Source: Desulfomonilia bacterium (GTDB taxonomy: Bacteria > Desulfobacterota > Desulfomonilia > UBA1062). From it: DNA of 64,000 nt. Below, in pieces: positions 39,742 through 49,167 of the stretch. The notes under the pieces were generated by a model. That model saw only the letters and a list, made by a program, of their open reading frames with translations. It did not search any database and had not been told where the DNA came from. The stretch is from NCBI GenBank assembly GCA_050014195.1, contig JBEKDT010000001.1, forward strand, positions 224,001 to 288,000. Direction: 5' to 3'. How positions within the stretch are numbered: the stretch's first letter is position 1; each line of letters begins with the position of its first letter. A program made the translations under genes and the position numbers.

Positions 39742-41474
39742 AAGGTCTTACTACATACCGGCGGTTGCTGACTTATATCATTCCCTATAAATACAAACTG
39801 CTGGTCTCGCTGATCCTGTCACTGATCATAGCCGCCTGCATGCCGGCCATTGCCCTGCTCGTCAAGAACGTCATGGACGACATTTTTATTGCCAGGAAAC
39901 TTGTCATGCTCTATTTCATTGTAATGGCCGTCGTGGCCATCTACCTCATCAAGACGGTCTGCGACTACTTCAGTTTCTACTTCATGAACGACATCGGCCA
40001 GCGTACCATCATGACCCTCAGGGACGATCTCTATGCACATATCCAGACCCTTTCCATGCCCTACTTCATCCGCACCCCCACCGGGATACTCATCTCGAGG
40101 ATCACGAATGATGTCAACCTGGTCCAGCTCTCTGTCACTGAGTCGGTCACAGAATTCATCCGCCAGTCCCTAACGCTGCTCGGACTCATGGCGGCGGTAT
40201 TCTGGCGTGACTGGCGCCTTGCACTTATTGCGATGATCGTATTTCCTCTTGTCATCTATCCTATCAACAAATTCGGCCAGAGGCTCAAGCGTTATTCCAT
40301 TAAGAGCATGAAGGTGATGGGCAATGTCATGAGCATCCTTGATGAGGCCATCAGCGGCATCAGGATCGTGAAGGCCTACAACATGGAGGACTACGAAACA
40401 AGGAGATTTTCTGCTGAAAACAGAAATTACTATACGAACTGGATGAAGAGGATCAGGGTAAGGGCCATTTCCGGCCCGCTCATGGAGCTCATCGGCGGCC
40501 TGGCTACCGCGCTGCTCCTTTGGTACGGGGGCCTAAGGGTGATCAGGGGGGTGATGACCTCGGGCGAGTTCTTGTCGTTTATAACGGGGTTGTCAATGCT
40601 CTATTCGCCGATCCGCAAGCTCAACAAGGTGAACATTGAAATCCAGGAGGGGATTGCTGCAGCCAGCAGGATCTTCGACCTTCTGGATACCAGGCCCGAG
40701 ATCATGGAGAAGGCCGGAGCGAAGGCACTCCCCAGGGTTGAGGGCCATTTTGAATTCAAGGATGTATGGTTCAGCTACACGAACGATGATAGGTACGCCC
40801 TGGAGGGGATCACCTTCCGGGCGGATAAAGGCAGACAGATCGCGCTTGTCGGTGAATCAGGATCAGGCAAGTCAACAATGGCAAACCTCTTGCCGAGGTT
40901 CTTCGACGTAAGCTCCGGACAGATCCTTGTAGGCGGGACTGACATCAGGGAGGTAACTCTGGCATCGCTGAGGGAAAACATCGCCATGGTAACCCAGGAG
41001 ATGATCCTGTTCAATGACACCATCAGGGCCAACATTGCCTATGGAACCCAAAGTTCTTCCCTGGATAAGATCATCGAGGCGGCCAAGGCGGCCAATGCCC
41101 ACGATTTCATCATGAGCCAGAAAAACGGCTATGACACCGTGGTGGGAGAGAGCGGGATAAGGCTCTCCGGAGGCCAGCGGCAGAGATTGTGCATCGCGAG
41201 GGCCATCATCAAGAACGCCCCGATCCTCATCCTTGATGAGGCTACATCGGCACTGGATACAGAGTCGGAGCGCGAAGTCCAGGCTGCCCTGGACATACTC
41301 ATGAAGGGAAGGACCACCCTCGTGATCGCCCACCGTCTCTCCACCATCGTAGGGGCGGATGAGATCATCGTGCTCAGCAGAGGCCGTATCGTGGAAAAGG
41401 GAACTCACGACGCGCTGCTGAAGAATAACGGCCATTATGCGAGGCTCTATGCCCTTCAGTTCGGGAATGCTTGA
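39738..41474 (+). CDS. msbA: Lipid A flippase
   Basis: 6-TM plus ABC ([25 protein letters not shown]); lpxB-lpxK context. Confidence 0.9.
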   Translation: MKGLTTYRRLLTYIIPYKYKLLVSLILSLIIAACMPAIALLVKNVMDDIFIARKLVMLYFIVMAVVAIYLIKTVCDYFSFYFMNDIGQRTIMTLRDDLYAHIQTLSMPYFIRTPTGILISRITNDVNLVQLSVTESVTEFIRQSLTLLGLMAAVFWRDWRLALIAMIVFPLVIYPINKFGQRLKRYSIKSMKVMGNVMSILDEAISGIRIVKAYNMEDYETRRFSAENRNYYTNWMKRIRVRAISGPLMELIGGLATALLLWYGGLRVIRGVMTSGEFLSFITGLSMLYSPIRKLNKVNIEIQEGIAAASRIFDLLDTRPEIMEKAGAKALPRVEGHFEFKDVWFSYTNDDRYALEGITFRADKGRQIALVGESGSGKSTMANLLPRFFDVSSGQILVGGTDIREVTLASLRENIAMVTQEMILFNDTIRANIAYGTQSSSLDKIIEAAKAANAHDFIMSQKNGYDTVVGESGIRLSGGQRQRLCIARAIIKNAPILILDEATSALDTESEREVQAALDILMKGRTTLVIAHRLSTIVGADEIIVLSRGRIVEKGTHDALLKNNGHYARLYALQFGNA

Positions 41475-42423
41475 TTGCCTGGCGCTGATCTACGGCGCTG
41501 TGGTGAAAGTCCGAAACACCTTGTACGACCTGGGTGTATTGAATATTCATAAGGTACCTTTACTTGTGGTGAGCGTGGGCAATATTGAATCAGGTGGAAC
41601 GGGCAAGACCCCCTTTACCATGGCACTGGCAGGCGGGCTCTTTCAGAGAGGCCGTAAGGTTTCCATCATAACGCGAGGATACAAAGGCATACTGAAAGGT
41701 CCCGTCCTCGTCGAACACCGCCACCTAAGCGAGGAAGTGGGTGATGAGGCTCTGCTCATGTCACGGCTCATGAAGGTACCTGTCGTCAAGAGCCCCGACA
41801 GGGTTAAAGGTGCACTCTTCGCTCATACAAATCTCGGCAGCGAGATCGTTGTGCTGGACGATGGATTCCAGCATCGCAGGCTCCACCGTGACCTGGACAT
41901 TGTCCTTGTAAGCAGGGACGTCAAGGGCGAGAAGCTCCTGCCTGCCGGGACGCTGCGTGAACACGCAACATCACTCAAACGTGCGAATGTCATCGTGTCA
42001 TTGAAAGGCGCTGACTATGACGGACTCAAGGCCGAGCTGATACCGTCGGCCCTTGTGGATCTTCACGGAAATACTTACGGTCTTGAACTCGTTTCAGGCA
42101 AGCGGGTGCTCGCTTTCTGCGCCATCGGCAGACCCGAACACTTTATCGCAATGCTTCATGGGCTGGGCGCTGATGTGGATGGGCTTGTCTTTAAGGACCA
42201 TCATTCCTACACATTATCCGATGTAAGAGATATCATGGACCGGTCCGCAGGCAGGGATTTGGCGATTACCACCGAGAAAGATCTGGTGAAGATAAATCCT
42301 GCTTGGTTCACCGGAATTACAGAGAAGCTTTTTGCAGTGCGGGTGGGTATAGAGATGAGAGGATTGGCGGGTATGCTGGATGAGATCGAACAGTTGGCCG
42401 AGAACAGCCGTTTTCCTGGATAG
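41467..42423 (+). CDS. lpxK: Tetraacyldisaccharide 4'-kinase
   Basis: SVGNIESGGTGKTP, RGY, GDE, LDDGFQH, TEKD. Confidence 0.93.
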   Translation: MLDCLALIYGAVVKVRNTLYDLGVLNIHKVPLLVVSVGNIESGGTGKTPFTMALAGGLFQRGRKVSIITRGYKGILKGPVLVEHRHLSEEVGDEALLMSRLMKVPVVKSPDRVKGALFAHTNLGSEIVVLDDGFQHRRLHRDLDIVLVSRDVKGEKLLPAGTLREHATSLKRANVIVSLKGADYDGLKAELIPSALVDLHGNTYGLELVSGKRVLAFCAIGRPEHFIAMLHGLGADVDGLVFKDHHSYTLSDVRDIMDRSAGRDLAITTEKDLVKINPAWFTGITEKLFAVRVGIEMRGLAGMLDEIEQLAENSRFPG

Positions 42424-42946
42424 GGATGACACGATCATCAGGGATACGGGATATTTGAGCGACCCCTTAAGGATCGAGATCCTGCCGGGTGCAGTGAAGG
42501 CCGTCCAAGCACTCAATGAGGCAGGCATCCCGGTTATCATCATTACCAATCAGTCCGGCATTGCACGAGGGTTTCTCGATGAGGACACCTTAGAGGCGAT
42601 CCACTTAAGGCTTACCACCCTTCTCTCGGAGCAGGGGGCCCGGATTGATGCCGTCTATTATTGTCCCCACCATCCGGAAGGAATCAGGGAAAAGTATCGG
42701 GTGGAGTGTACCTGCCGCAAGCCCGAACCCGGGCTTCTACTCCGGGCTGCCGACGAATTCGGGCTTGATCTGATGCGCTGTTACCTGGTAGGGGACAAGC
42801 CCATTGACATAGAGACCATACACCGGGTGGGCGGCAAAGGCATTCTTATCGGATCCGGAAAGGACACTGGTCTGACAGATAGACCCGATTTCTCGGCAAC
42901 CACCTTGGAAGATGCAGTGTACTGGATACTCAAGGACATGAAGTGA
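42380..42946 (+). CDS. gmhB: D,D-heptose 1,7-bisphosphate phosphatase
   Basis: FLDRDDTI, TNQSGIARG, CPHHP..CTCRKP, VGD. Confidence 0.85.
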   Translation: MRSNSWPRTAVFLDRDDTIIRDTGYLSDPLRIEILPGAVKAVQALNEAGIPVIIITNQSGIARGFLDEDTLEAIHLRLTTLLSEQGARIDAVYYCPHHPEGIREKYRVECTCRKPEPGLLLRAADEFGLDLMRCYLVGDKPIDIETIHRVGGKGILIGSGKDTGLTDRPDFSATTLEDAVYWILKDMK

Positions 42947-43914
42947 TGAGTTTTGTTGACAGGCTAAACAGCGATATACAGTACTATGGGACACTCGCCA
43001 TGATCCGGCTTATCCGTGCCATGCCGTACCATGCTGCCATAGCCCTCGGCAGGTCCATCATGCTCCTCGTCTGGATCTTCATGCCGCTGCGGAGAAAGAT
43101 CGTGAAGATCCAGATGAGCTCCGCCCTCGGGCTGGATAACCCGTGGCGTCTTGGATTGAAGGTGTTTATGAACCAGGGGGAGATCATGGTGGATGCGATA
43201 AAGTATGTATACATGAGTGATGAGGAGATCAAGGCCAGGATCATAGTGGAGGGGAAAGAATATCTGGATGAGGCGCTGGCAAGCGGACGGGGGCTCATGA
43301 TGTTCACGGGCCACATCGGGAACTGGGAGGTTCTCTCCAATGCCCCGAGGCTGCTTGGCACCCAGTTCTGCCACATGGCCGTCATACGCAAGGATGCCAG
43401 GCTCGAATCCATCATAACTGAGATGCGCACCCGCTCGGGTGTCACCATCCTGCCGCCGAAAGGTAAGGGCCTCATGCTCATAAAACAACTCAGGAAGGGC
43501 AGGACCATCAGCCTGATAGTGGACCAGCGGGGCAAAAGCAGAGACGGGCTGCTCTGTGATTTCTTCGGCTTGCCTGCCGTCACCAATCCGGGGCCGGCGT
43601 TCCTTGCTCTCAAGGGTAATGCCCTGGTGCTGCCGGCATATACAGTCAAACTGGGTGGCGTCCATCGGATCTGCATAACAAAGGCCGTGGATGCTTCTGC
43701 CTTCGGGGAGGGGGATGAAGCGATACAGCGCTTAAGTGACTTCATGCAGTCCTTTATAGCATCGGTGGTGGAGCAATACCCGGACCAGTGGTTCTGGCTG
43801 CACAGCAGGTGGATACGGCGCAAGGACTTTCAAAATATCAAGACCGATAAGGACTTCAGGGACATGGTATTTGCCGAGGCAGAGCGAATACGATCAAAAA
43901 AGAAGAGAGCATGA
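42943..43914 (+). CDS. Lipid A late acyltransferase (LpxL/HtrB family), paralogue 1
   Basis: GHIGNWE, DQ, FFG, PDQWFWLHSRW. Confidence 0.88.
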   Translation: MMSFVDRLNSDIQYYGTLAMIRLIRAMPYHAAIALGRSIMLLVWIFMPLRRKIVKIQMSSALGLDNPWRLGLKVFMNQGEIMVDAIKYVYMSDEEIKARIIVEGKEYLDEALASGRGLMMFTGHIGNWEVLSNAPRLLGTQFCHMAVIRKDARLESIITEMRTRSGVTILPPKGKGLMLIKQLRKGRTISLIVDQRGKSRDGLLCDFFGLPAVTNPGPAFLALKGNALVLPAYTVKLGGVHRICITKAVDASAFGEGDEAIQRLSDFMQSFIASVVEQYPDQWFWLHSRWIRRKDFQNIKTDKDFRDMVFAEAERIRSKKKRA

Positions 43915-44864
43915 AGCCGCTTAGGTCCATACTCCAAGAGATCAGGTACCGGGCATCGCTCCTTGTCCTTGCCCTTGTCAGGTTCCTGCCATATGTCCTC
44001 ATCATAACCCTGTTCCGTTTTTTTGCCGTCCTCGCCTTTTTTTTAGACCCGTTCCACCGGAAGGTGGCGGGCATCCAGATGCGCTCTGCACTGGGGTTTG
44101 CACATGTCCGGCTCCTGGTGCTGAAGGTGTTTATGAACCAGGCGGAGATCCTGGTGGATACCGTGCGGTATGCATACATGAGCGATGAAGAGATCAGAAA
44201 CAAGGTGAAGGTCGAGGGGAAGCAACATCTCGATACCGCCTTGTCAAGCGGCAGGGGTATCATGATGATCACGGGCCACATCGGCAACTGGGAGATCATC
44301 TCGCACATACCCCGGGTGCTTGGCATTCAGTTCTGCGTCATGGCGGATGTCCGCAAGGACAAGCGGCTCGAATCCATCGTAGATCGCATACGATCCCGTT
44401 CTGGTGCTACCATCCTGCCGCCCAAGGGTAAGGCGCTCATGCTTATCAAGGAGTTGAAAAAGGGCCATACCATCGGCATGGTAGTTGACAACCGGAGTGA
44501 GAAGAAAGACGGTCTGCTGTGCAATGTCTTTGGCATGCCGGCACCGACGAACCCCGCACCCGCCTTTATTGCCATCAAAGGCAATGCGCTGGTATTGCCT
44601 GTATATGCGATAAAGCAGAGAGGCAGCTATATCATCCGCTTTTCAAAGGCCCTTGATGCAGGCACGTTCGGCATTGGAGAGACGGCAATGCGGCATCTGA
44701 GCGACTTCATGCAGTCATGGGTGTCATCAGTGGTCAAGGAACATCCCCACCAGTGGTTCTGGCTCTACAGCAGATGGGTCAAACGATCGGACATGAGAAG
44801 GATTATAAAGAAGGGTTTGGATTTCAGAGAGTATGTCCTCAGGCAAGCGGAAATAAATTTGTAG
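43911..44864 (+). CDS. Lipid A late acyltransferase (LpxL/HtrB family), paralogue 2
   Basis: GHIGNWE, PHQWFWLYSRW; long shared blocks with the upstream gene. Confidence 0.88.
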   Translation: MKPLRSILQEIRYRASLLVLALVRFLPYVLIITLFRFFAVLAFFLDPFHRKVAGIQMRSALGFAHVRLLVLKVFMNQAEILVDTVRYAYMSDEEIRNKVKVEGKQHLDTALSSGRGIMMITGHIGNWEIISHIPRVLGIQFCVMADVRKDKRLESIVDRIRSRSGATILPPKGKALMLIKELKKGHTIGMVVDNRSEKKDGLLCNVFGMPAPTNPAPAFIAIKGNALVLPVYAIKQRGSYIIRFSKALDAGTFGIGETAMRHLSDFMQSWVSSVVKEHPHQWFWLYSRWVKRSDMRRIIKKGLDFREYVLRQAEINL

Positions 44865-44996
44865 GAGCGCCTTTAGGCGCGACAAGCAAGGTACGATCAT
44901 GCTTTCTGCCCGGCCAAGCCATACGATTTTACCCGCGGCAGCAAGCATTTCAGTCATCGAGATTCAGGATAGGTCGCGGCTGAAGCCGCTCCTACA
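44860..44996. repeat. Inverted doublet of GTAG-type REP sequences (REPIN-like)
   Basis: tgtaggagcgcctttaggcgcgac (44860-44883) and inverted tgtaggagcggcttcagccgcgac (44973-44996). Confidence 0.8.
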
Positions 44997-45066
44997 AGGG
45001 TACATACTGAGTCTTGACTTTCCATGGGTCTCACCAGTATACCTAATAGGCTCTCAAGAGGACTAA

Positions 45067-45141
45067 GGCGGCATAGCCAAGTGGTAAGGCGACGGTCTGC
45101 AAAACCGTTATTCACCGGTTCAAATCCGGTTGCCGCCTCCA
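45067..45141 (+). tRNA. tRNA-Cys (GCA)
   Basis: Acceptor GGCGGCA/TGCCGCC, D-loop AGCCAAGTGGTAAGGC, anticodon loop CTGCAAA, T-loop GGTTCAAATCC, encoded CCA. Confidence 0.97.
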
Positions 45142-45210
45142 GTTTTAAACCTGCTTCAGCCATCGTTTTCAAGGGATCAGATGTTTCTCAGAATTCGCTC
45201 GTTTATTGAC

Positions 45211-45232
45211 TTACTAGAGAATTACTAGAGAA
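45211..45232. repeat. Tandem 11-bp direct repeat near the tRNA 3' end
   Basis: TTACTAGAGAA x2; inverted core CTAGTAA at 45352-45358. Confidence 0.7.
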
Positions 45233-45554
45233 TATTAGAAATAAACGCAGATCTTGATTGTAAGTTGGAGCATAAAACGAACTGGGTATTTGAGACTGCA
45301 AACCTTCATTGGGCCTACAGACTCGTACAGTTATCTCTATAGAGTCTTGTCCTAGTAATAATCATGAGATATCAGTTCGTATAATCGAGAGAAGCCTATA
45401 TGTAATAATACTATTTAACTTATGATCAATTATCGGCGATTTATCATTACATAATTTTCTGAGTAAAAAAGTAGAGATATAAAAGCTGCTGTGCTTTTTG
45501 CGCAGAAATATCTAGAGACCTAGAGAGACATTTCTCATCAATGATTACTGTATA

Positions 45555-46715
45555 TTATACAGATATTTCTTTAAGTTTAGCCAAGTATAATATTCCCTCA
45601 TTTAATGTATTAAATGTGACATCGGCGCATGCATGGATCATTGCTAAATACTTTGATATCTCATCATTTGATTTAGATTTCTCATCTACAAAAATAATAT
45701 GTTTTCCAAGTGCCTTCGCATATCCTATTTCCAAAGCTAAAGCATAACCCCCCGGATTATTTTTTTCTAAGTAAGCAAAAATGAGATCAGATTTCCGAAT
45801 AGCTTGAAGATCCCAATTTGTATACTGAAGAGTCTCTGATAATTGATGGTTGCGAGGATCAAGAAAACTTAATGAAGGATTTAATTTTATAACATCACTT
45901 TGCCAATTTGATGTAAATCCCCCAGCTAAATATATAACCATATTTTTATTCTCTTTAGGAGCTTCGTTACGAAGGCTATCCACTGCCATGCTGAAAGGAA
46001 TAGTTAATGCCCGCTTGTTAAATTCATATCTTCTGTCTAGAAATATTATAAAAAGAAACAACATAAACCATGCATACATTGTACTGTAGTTTATTGATAA
46101 AATGCTATCGTTGCCAAATATACTAGTTAGCCACCATACCAACAATAGTATGATTATTACAGTAGCAATACCTTGACTTAGTAATGAAAGGAACATGAAA
46201 CGATAAGTTAAATCTCTATCTATCCCAGGAATACTCATTGCGACATTTCGTAAAGAATGTAATTTACTGATTGAGTTACTAAAGTTCATGTTTTTTGTTA
46301 GTTCTAATGGCATTCTCTCAATAAAATATTTAACAGAAGGATCATCAACAAATTCATTAGACCATACTTCTTCTGGCACTAAGGAAGAAGGGAGTACCTT
46401 ATAGATATCAGGAAGAAACTTGAACTTGCATAATAAGAATTTGTTTAGCTTTATAATATACTTTAAAATAAAATTTATAGGCCGGATTACCAGCCAATTA
46501 CCGAAGCTAGTAATACCATTACCTAATACATATGCTAAAATTATAAAAAACCATATTTTTGCTGCCTCTCCGAGGCCACAAGTAATTATTAAATGTTGAA
46601 ACATTTTGGGGAGTAGAATCCCAATACCAAGCAAAAGAATTGCTCCAGGAATTATTGAGCCAATAATATCGTTAAAAAATCTTAAAGAGATCGTTAAAAC
46701 ATCTTCTGATTTCAT
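45555..46715 (-). CDS. Multi-TM protein with C-terminal nucleoside 2-deoxyribosyltransferase/N-glycosidase-like domain
   Basis: About four hydrophobic segments, then IYLAGGF..DP..WDLQAIRKSDLIFAY..GYALALEIGYAKALGKHII; AGGAGG RBS. Confidence 0.75.
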   Translation of the reverse strand: MKSEDVLTISLRFFNDIIGSIIPGAILLLGIGILLPKMFQHLIITCGLGEAAKIWFFIILAYVLGNGITSFGNWLVIRPINFILKYIIKLNKFLLCKFKFLPDIYKVLPSSLVPEEVWSNEFVDDPSVKYFIERMPLELTKNMNFSNSISKLHSLRNVAMSIPGIDRDLTYRFMFLSLLSQGIATVIIILLLVWWLTSIFGNDSILSINYSTMYAWFMLFLFIIFLDRRYEFNKRALTIPFSMAVDSLRNEAPKENKNMVIYLAGGFTSNWQSDVIKLNPSLSFLDPRNHQLSETLQYTNWDLQAIRKSDLIFAYLEKNNPGGYALALEIGYAKALGKHIIFVDEKSKSNDEISKYLAMIHACADVTFNTLNEGILYLAKLKEISV

Positions 46716-46880
46716 CGGATCATACCTCCTAATAAAATCAAGCGATTATTTTTCCTAAAAATTCAGTTTGCGGGGATGCAATTAAATGCGAAAACTTCAA
46801 CTAACCAATCTAACTCAAGTTTAATTAAATAGCTTTCAATATGCTTCATATATCTAGTATGAATTGCACTGTATTCCATA

Positions 46881-48098
46881 TTATAATCCCCTACCTGTCT
46901 TACAAGGCTTAATTTTGTTCATAACTTCATGCAAAGCATCAATTGATTCGTGTATATCTATACCTGAAGTGAATCGTCCAATACTAAACCGTATCGAGGC
47001 CCTCGCATCAGTATCAGAAAGTCCTATTGCGCGTAACACATGTGAGGGTTCTGGAATACCTGACGTACAGGCAGCACCGGTTGAGGCGGCTACAAAAGGC
47101 TGAAGTGCCCCAATAAGTTCATGCGCATCTAAGCTTCTGAAACATATATTTGCGTTGCCCGGATGCCTGAGGTCACCGCTTGCGCCGTTAATATGGATGT
47201 TTGTGGTAATGAGGTTAAGTTGTTCAATGAATTGGTCACGCAATGCACGGATCTTTATGCGTTCCATAACCGCGTCTGCTGATGTGACGAGTTCTATCGC
47301 CGCACCAAATCCAACACAAAGAGGAACAGGAAGAGTTCCGGCTCGGAGACCATTCTGTTGACCTCCACCATAGATAAGAGGTTTGACCAATCGCTGAACA
47401 TCGCGTCTAATAAATAGAGCACCAATGCCTTTCGGCCCATAAAGTTTGTGAGCAGATAGGCTAAGAAAATCGACATCGAGCTCATTAACATCTAGCGGCA
47501 TTGCCGTGAGGGCTTGTACAGCATCTGTATGTATTAGTGCTCCAACATTTCGGCAAAGTGATGTTACATCTTTCACGGGCTGAATAGTTCCGATCTCGTT
47601 ATTTACAGTCATTACTGAGACAAGTAATACATCAGTGGCTAAACGTTCTTCTAATATATCAAGTCGAATGATGCCATTATGATCAACAGGCAATTGTTCA
47701 ATAACAAGATCAAACTGTTCACTAGCTGCATAAGCAGCTGCAAAGACAGATTTGTGCTCTATTGAGCTGACAAGGATTCGACGACGGTCTGCACTTGCAT
47801 ATCCCGCAGCACCTATGATTGCTAAATTATTCCCCTCTGTGGCCCCTGATGTAAAAATGATCTCATCAGGATCTGCAACGATAGCAGATGCAATTTTTTG
47901 GGTTGCTTCATCTATTGCAGCATTTGCCTCCCAACCAAAGGCATGGTCAGAAGAATGTGGGTTACCGGGATGATCAAAAAAGAAAGGCTTCATGGCTTCA
48001 ATCACCCGTTGATCAACGGGCGTCGAAGCCTGATAGTCCATGTATATTCGATTCTTTATCAATTTACACATCTTATCAAATTTAGGGCACTCGCTCAT
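46881..48098 (-). CDS. Cysteine desulfurase (IscS/DndA/SspA-like)
   Basis: YMDYQASTP, GNPHS, TSGATE, NNEIG, HTDAVQ, SAHKLYGPKG, catalytic STGAACTSG; start uncertain (48062-48098). Confidence 0.92.
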   Translation of the reverse strand: MSECPKFDKMCKLIKNRIYMDYQASTPVDQRVIEAMKPFFFDHPGNPHSSDHAFGWEANAAIDEATQKIASAIVADPDEIIFTSGATEGNNLAIIGAAGYASADRRRILVSSIEHKSVFAAAYAASEQFDLVIEQLPVDHNGIIRLDILEERLATDVLLVSVMTVNNEIGTIQPVKDVTSLCRNVGALIHTDAVQALTAMPLDVNELDVDFLSLSAHKLYGPKGIGALFIRRDVQRLVKPLIYGGGQQNGLRAGTLPVPLCVGFGAAIELVTSADAVMERIKIRALRDQFIEQLNLITTNIHINGASGDLRHPGNANICFRSLDAHELIGALQPFVAASTGAACTSGIPEPSHVLRAIGLSDTDARASIRFSIGRFTSGIDIHESIDALHEVMNKIKPCKTGRGL

Positions 48099-48135
48099 TT
48101 CACTTATTAAGAACTGGAGATAGCCTCCAGGTTCC

Positions 48136-48167
48136 TTGACAATACTCAAGGCATTATGTATTGTCAA
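48136..48167. promoter_or_regulatory. Symmetric bidirectional sigma70 promoter between the desulfurase and DUF4007 genes
   Basis: TTGACAATAC-N12-GTATTGTCAA reads TTGACA-17 nt-TATTGT on both strands. Confidence 0.75.
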
Positions 48168-48195
48168 CCTGGATGAAACCTCCAGGAAAGAACTT

Positions 48196-49167
48196 ATGGT
48201 AAGAGGCCCTCTTTATCAAGCCGAGAGCAAGCCCCTTTTTTCAGGACATGAAACCTTTCCTCTCCGGTATGGTTGGTTAAAAAAAGTATATGATACTATT
48301 TCAAAAAATTCTAACGACCCTGACAACAAACATATTTTCCTAAAAGACGACGCAATAGCCCGTTTTGGTGTTGGAAAAAACATGGTAGCATCAATGCGAC
48401 ATTGGGCGATGTGTTGTGGAGTGATTACTGAAGACGAACCGACGGGGCATCTTATCCCAACAGCATTTGGTGATTTTCTCTTCGGCCCAAGAGGAAATGA
48501 TCCATATTTAGAGAATCTTGCTTCTATCTGGCATCTTCATTGGTACCTTTGCTCCTGCGATAATAGCCGGCCGCTTAAAACAACATGGTTTTGGGTCTTC
48601 AATCATTTTAATGAAGTTAATTTCAAAAGGGATGATCTTGTCGAAGGACTAATGAAACTTGCCAAGGCTCGCAATTGGCAACGTGTTTCAAGGACAACAG
48701 TTCAACGAGATGTTGAATGTCTTGTTAGAATGTATGAGACACGAACGTCAAACAACATTGGGACAGTTGAGGACAACTTAGAATCTCCTATGGCAGAGCT
48801 TGGTCTCATTCGTGGTATTAAAGGTTATTTTCACCTTGTCCGTGGTCCCAAACCAACACTTCCTAATGGCATTTTTACTATGGCCCTGGACTCCTTTTGG
48901 AACCATATTGGTACTTCACACTCCATCTCTTTCGAAATGATCGCTCATGAGCCTGGATCACCCGGACGAATATTCCTTCTTGATGAATCAGACATAATAG
49001 ACCGTTTACTTGTTCTTGAAAATTTAACGCAGGGTACTCTTAGATGGTCGGAGACAGCAGGATTGAAGCAAGTTCTTCGAGATCATCCTCTTGGTGAAAA
49101 AGACCGACAAACACTATTGGTTAATGATTATCGGGAATCGCACCATCGGAAGGAGGCGTTCCGATGA
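48196..49167 (+). CDS. DUF4007 protein, SspB-like (putative nickase)
   Basis: FSGHETFPLRYGWLKK, FGVGKNMV.SMRHW, DPYLE, WHLHW, ELGL, PGRIF, ETAGL. Confidence 0.85.
   Translation: MVRGPLYQAESKPLFSGHETFPLRYGWLKKVYDTISKNSNDPDNKHIFLKDDAIARFGVGKNMVASMRHWAMCCGVITEDEPTGHLIPTAFGDFLFGPRGNDPYLENLASIWHLHWYLCSCDNSRPLKTTWFWVFNHFNEVNFKRDDLVEGLMKLAKARNWQRVSRTTVQRDVECLVRMYETRTSNNIGTVEDNLESPMAELGLIRGIKGYFHLVRGPKPTLPNGIFTMALDSFWNHIGTSHSISFEMIAHEPGSPGRIFLLDESDIIDRLLVLENLTQGTLRWSETAGLKQVLRDHPLGEKDRQTLLVNDYRESHHRKEAFR

Noticed and set aside
44954-45209. Short ORFs overlapping the tRNA and REP
   Set aside because: Spurious translations of structural RNA and repeat sequence.
45067-48098. Functional link between tRNA-Cys and the adjacent cysteine desulfurase (tRNA thiolation)
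   Set aside because: The tRNA is better explained as an integration target; desulfurase context points to DNA phosphorothioation. PAPS-reductase/PP-loop similarity alone does not indicate tRNA chemistry.
48136-48195. ORF-track TTG starts for the DUF4007 (48136) and desulfurase (48167) genes, which make them overlap
   Set aside because: Both TTGs are the -35 hexamers of the symmetric promoter; conserved sequence begins further in (ATG 48196 and at or after 48098 on the minus strand).
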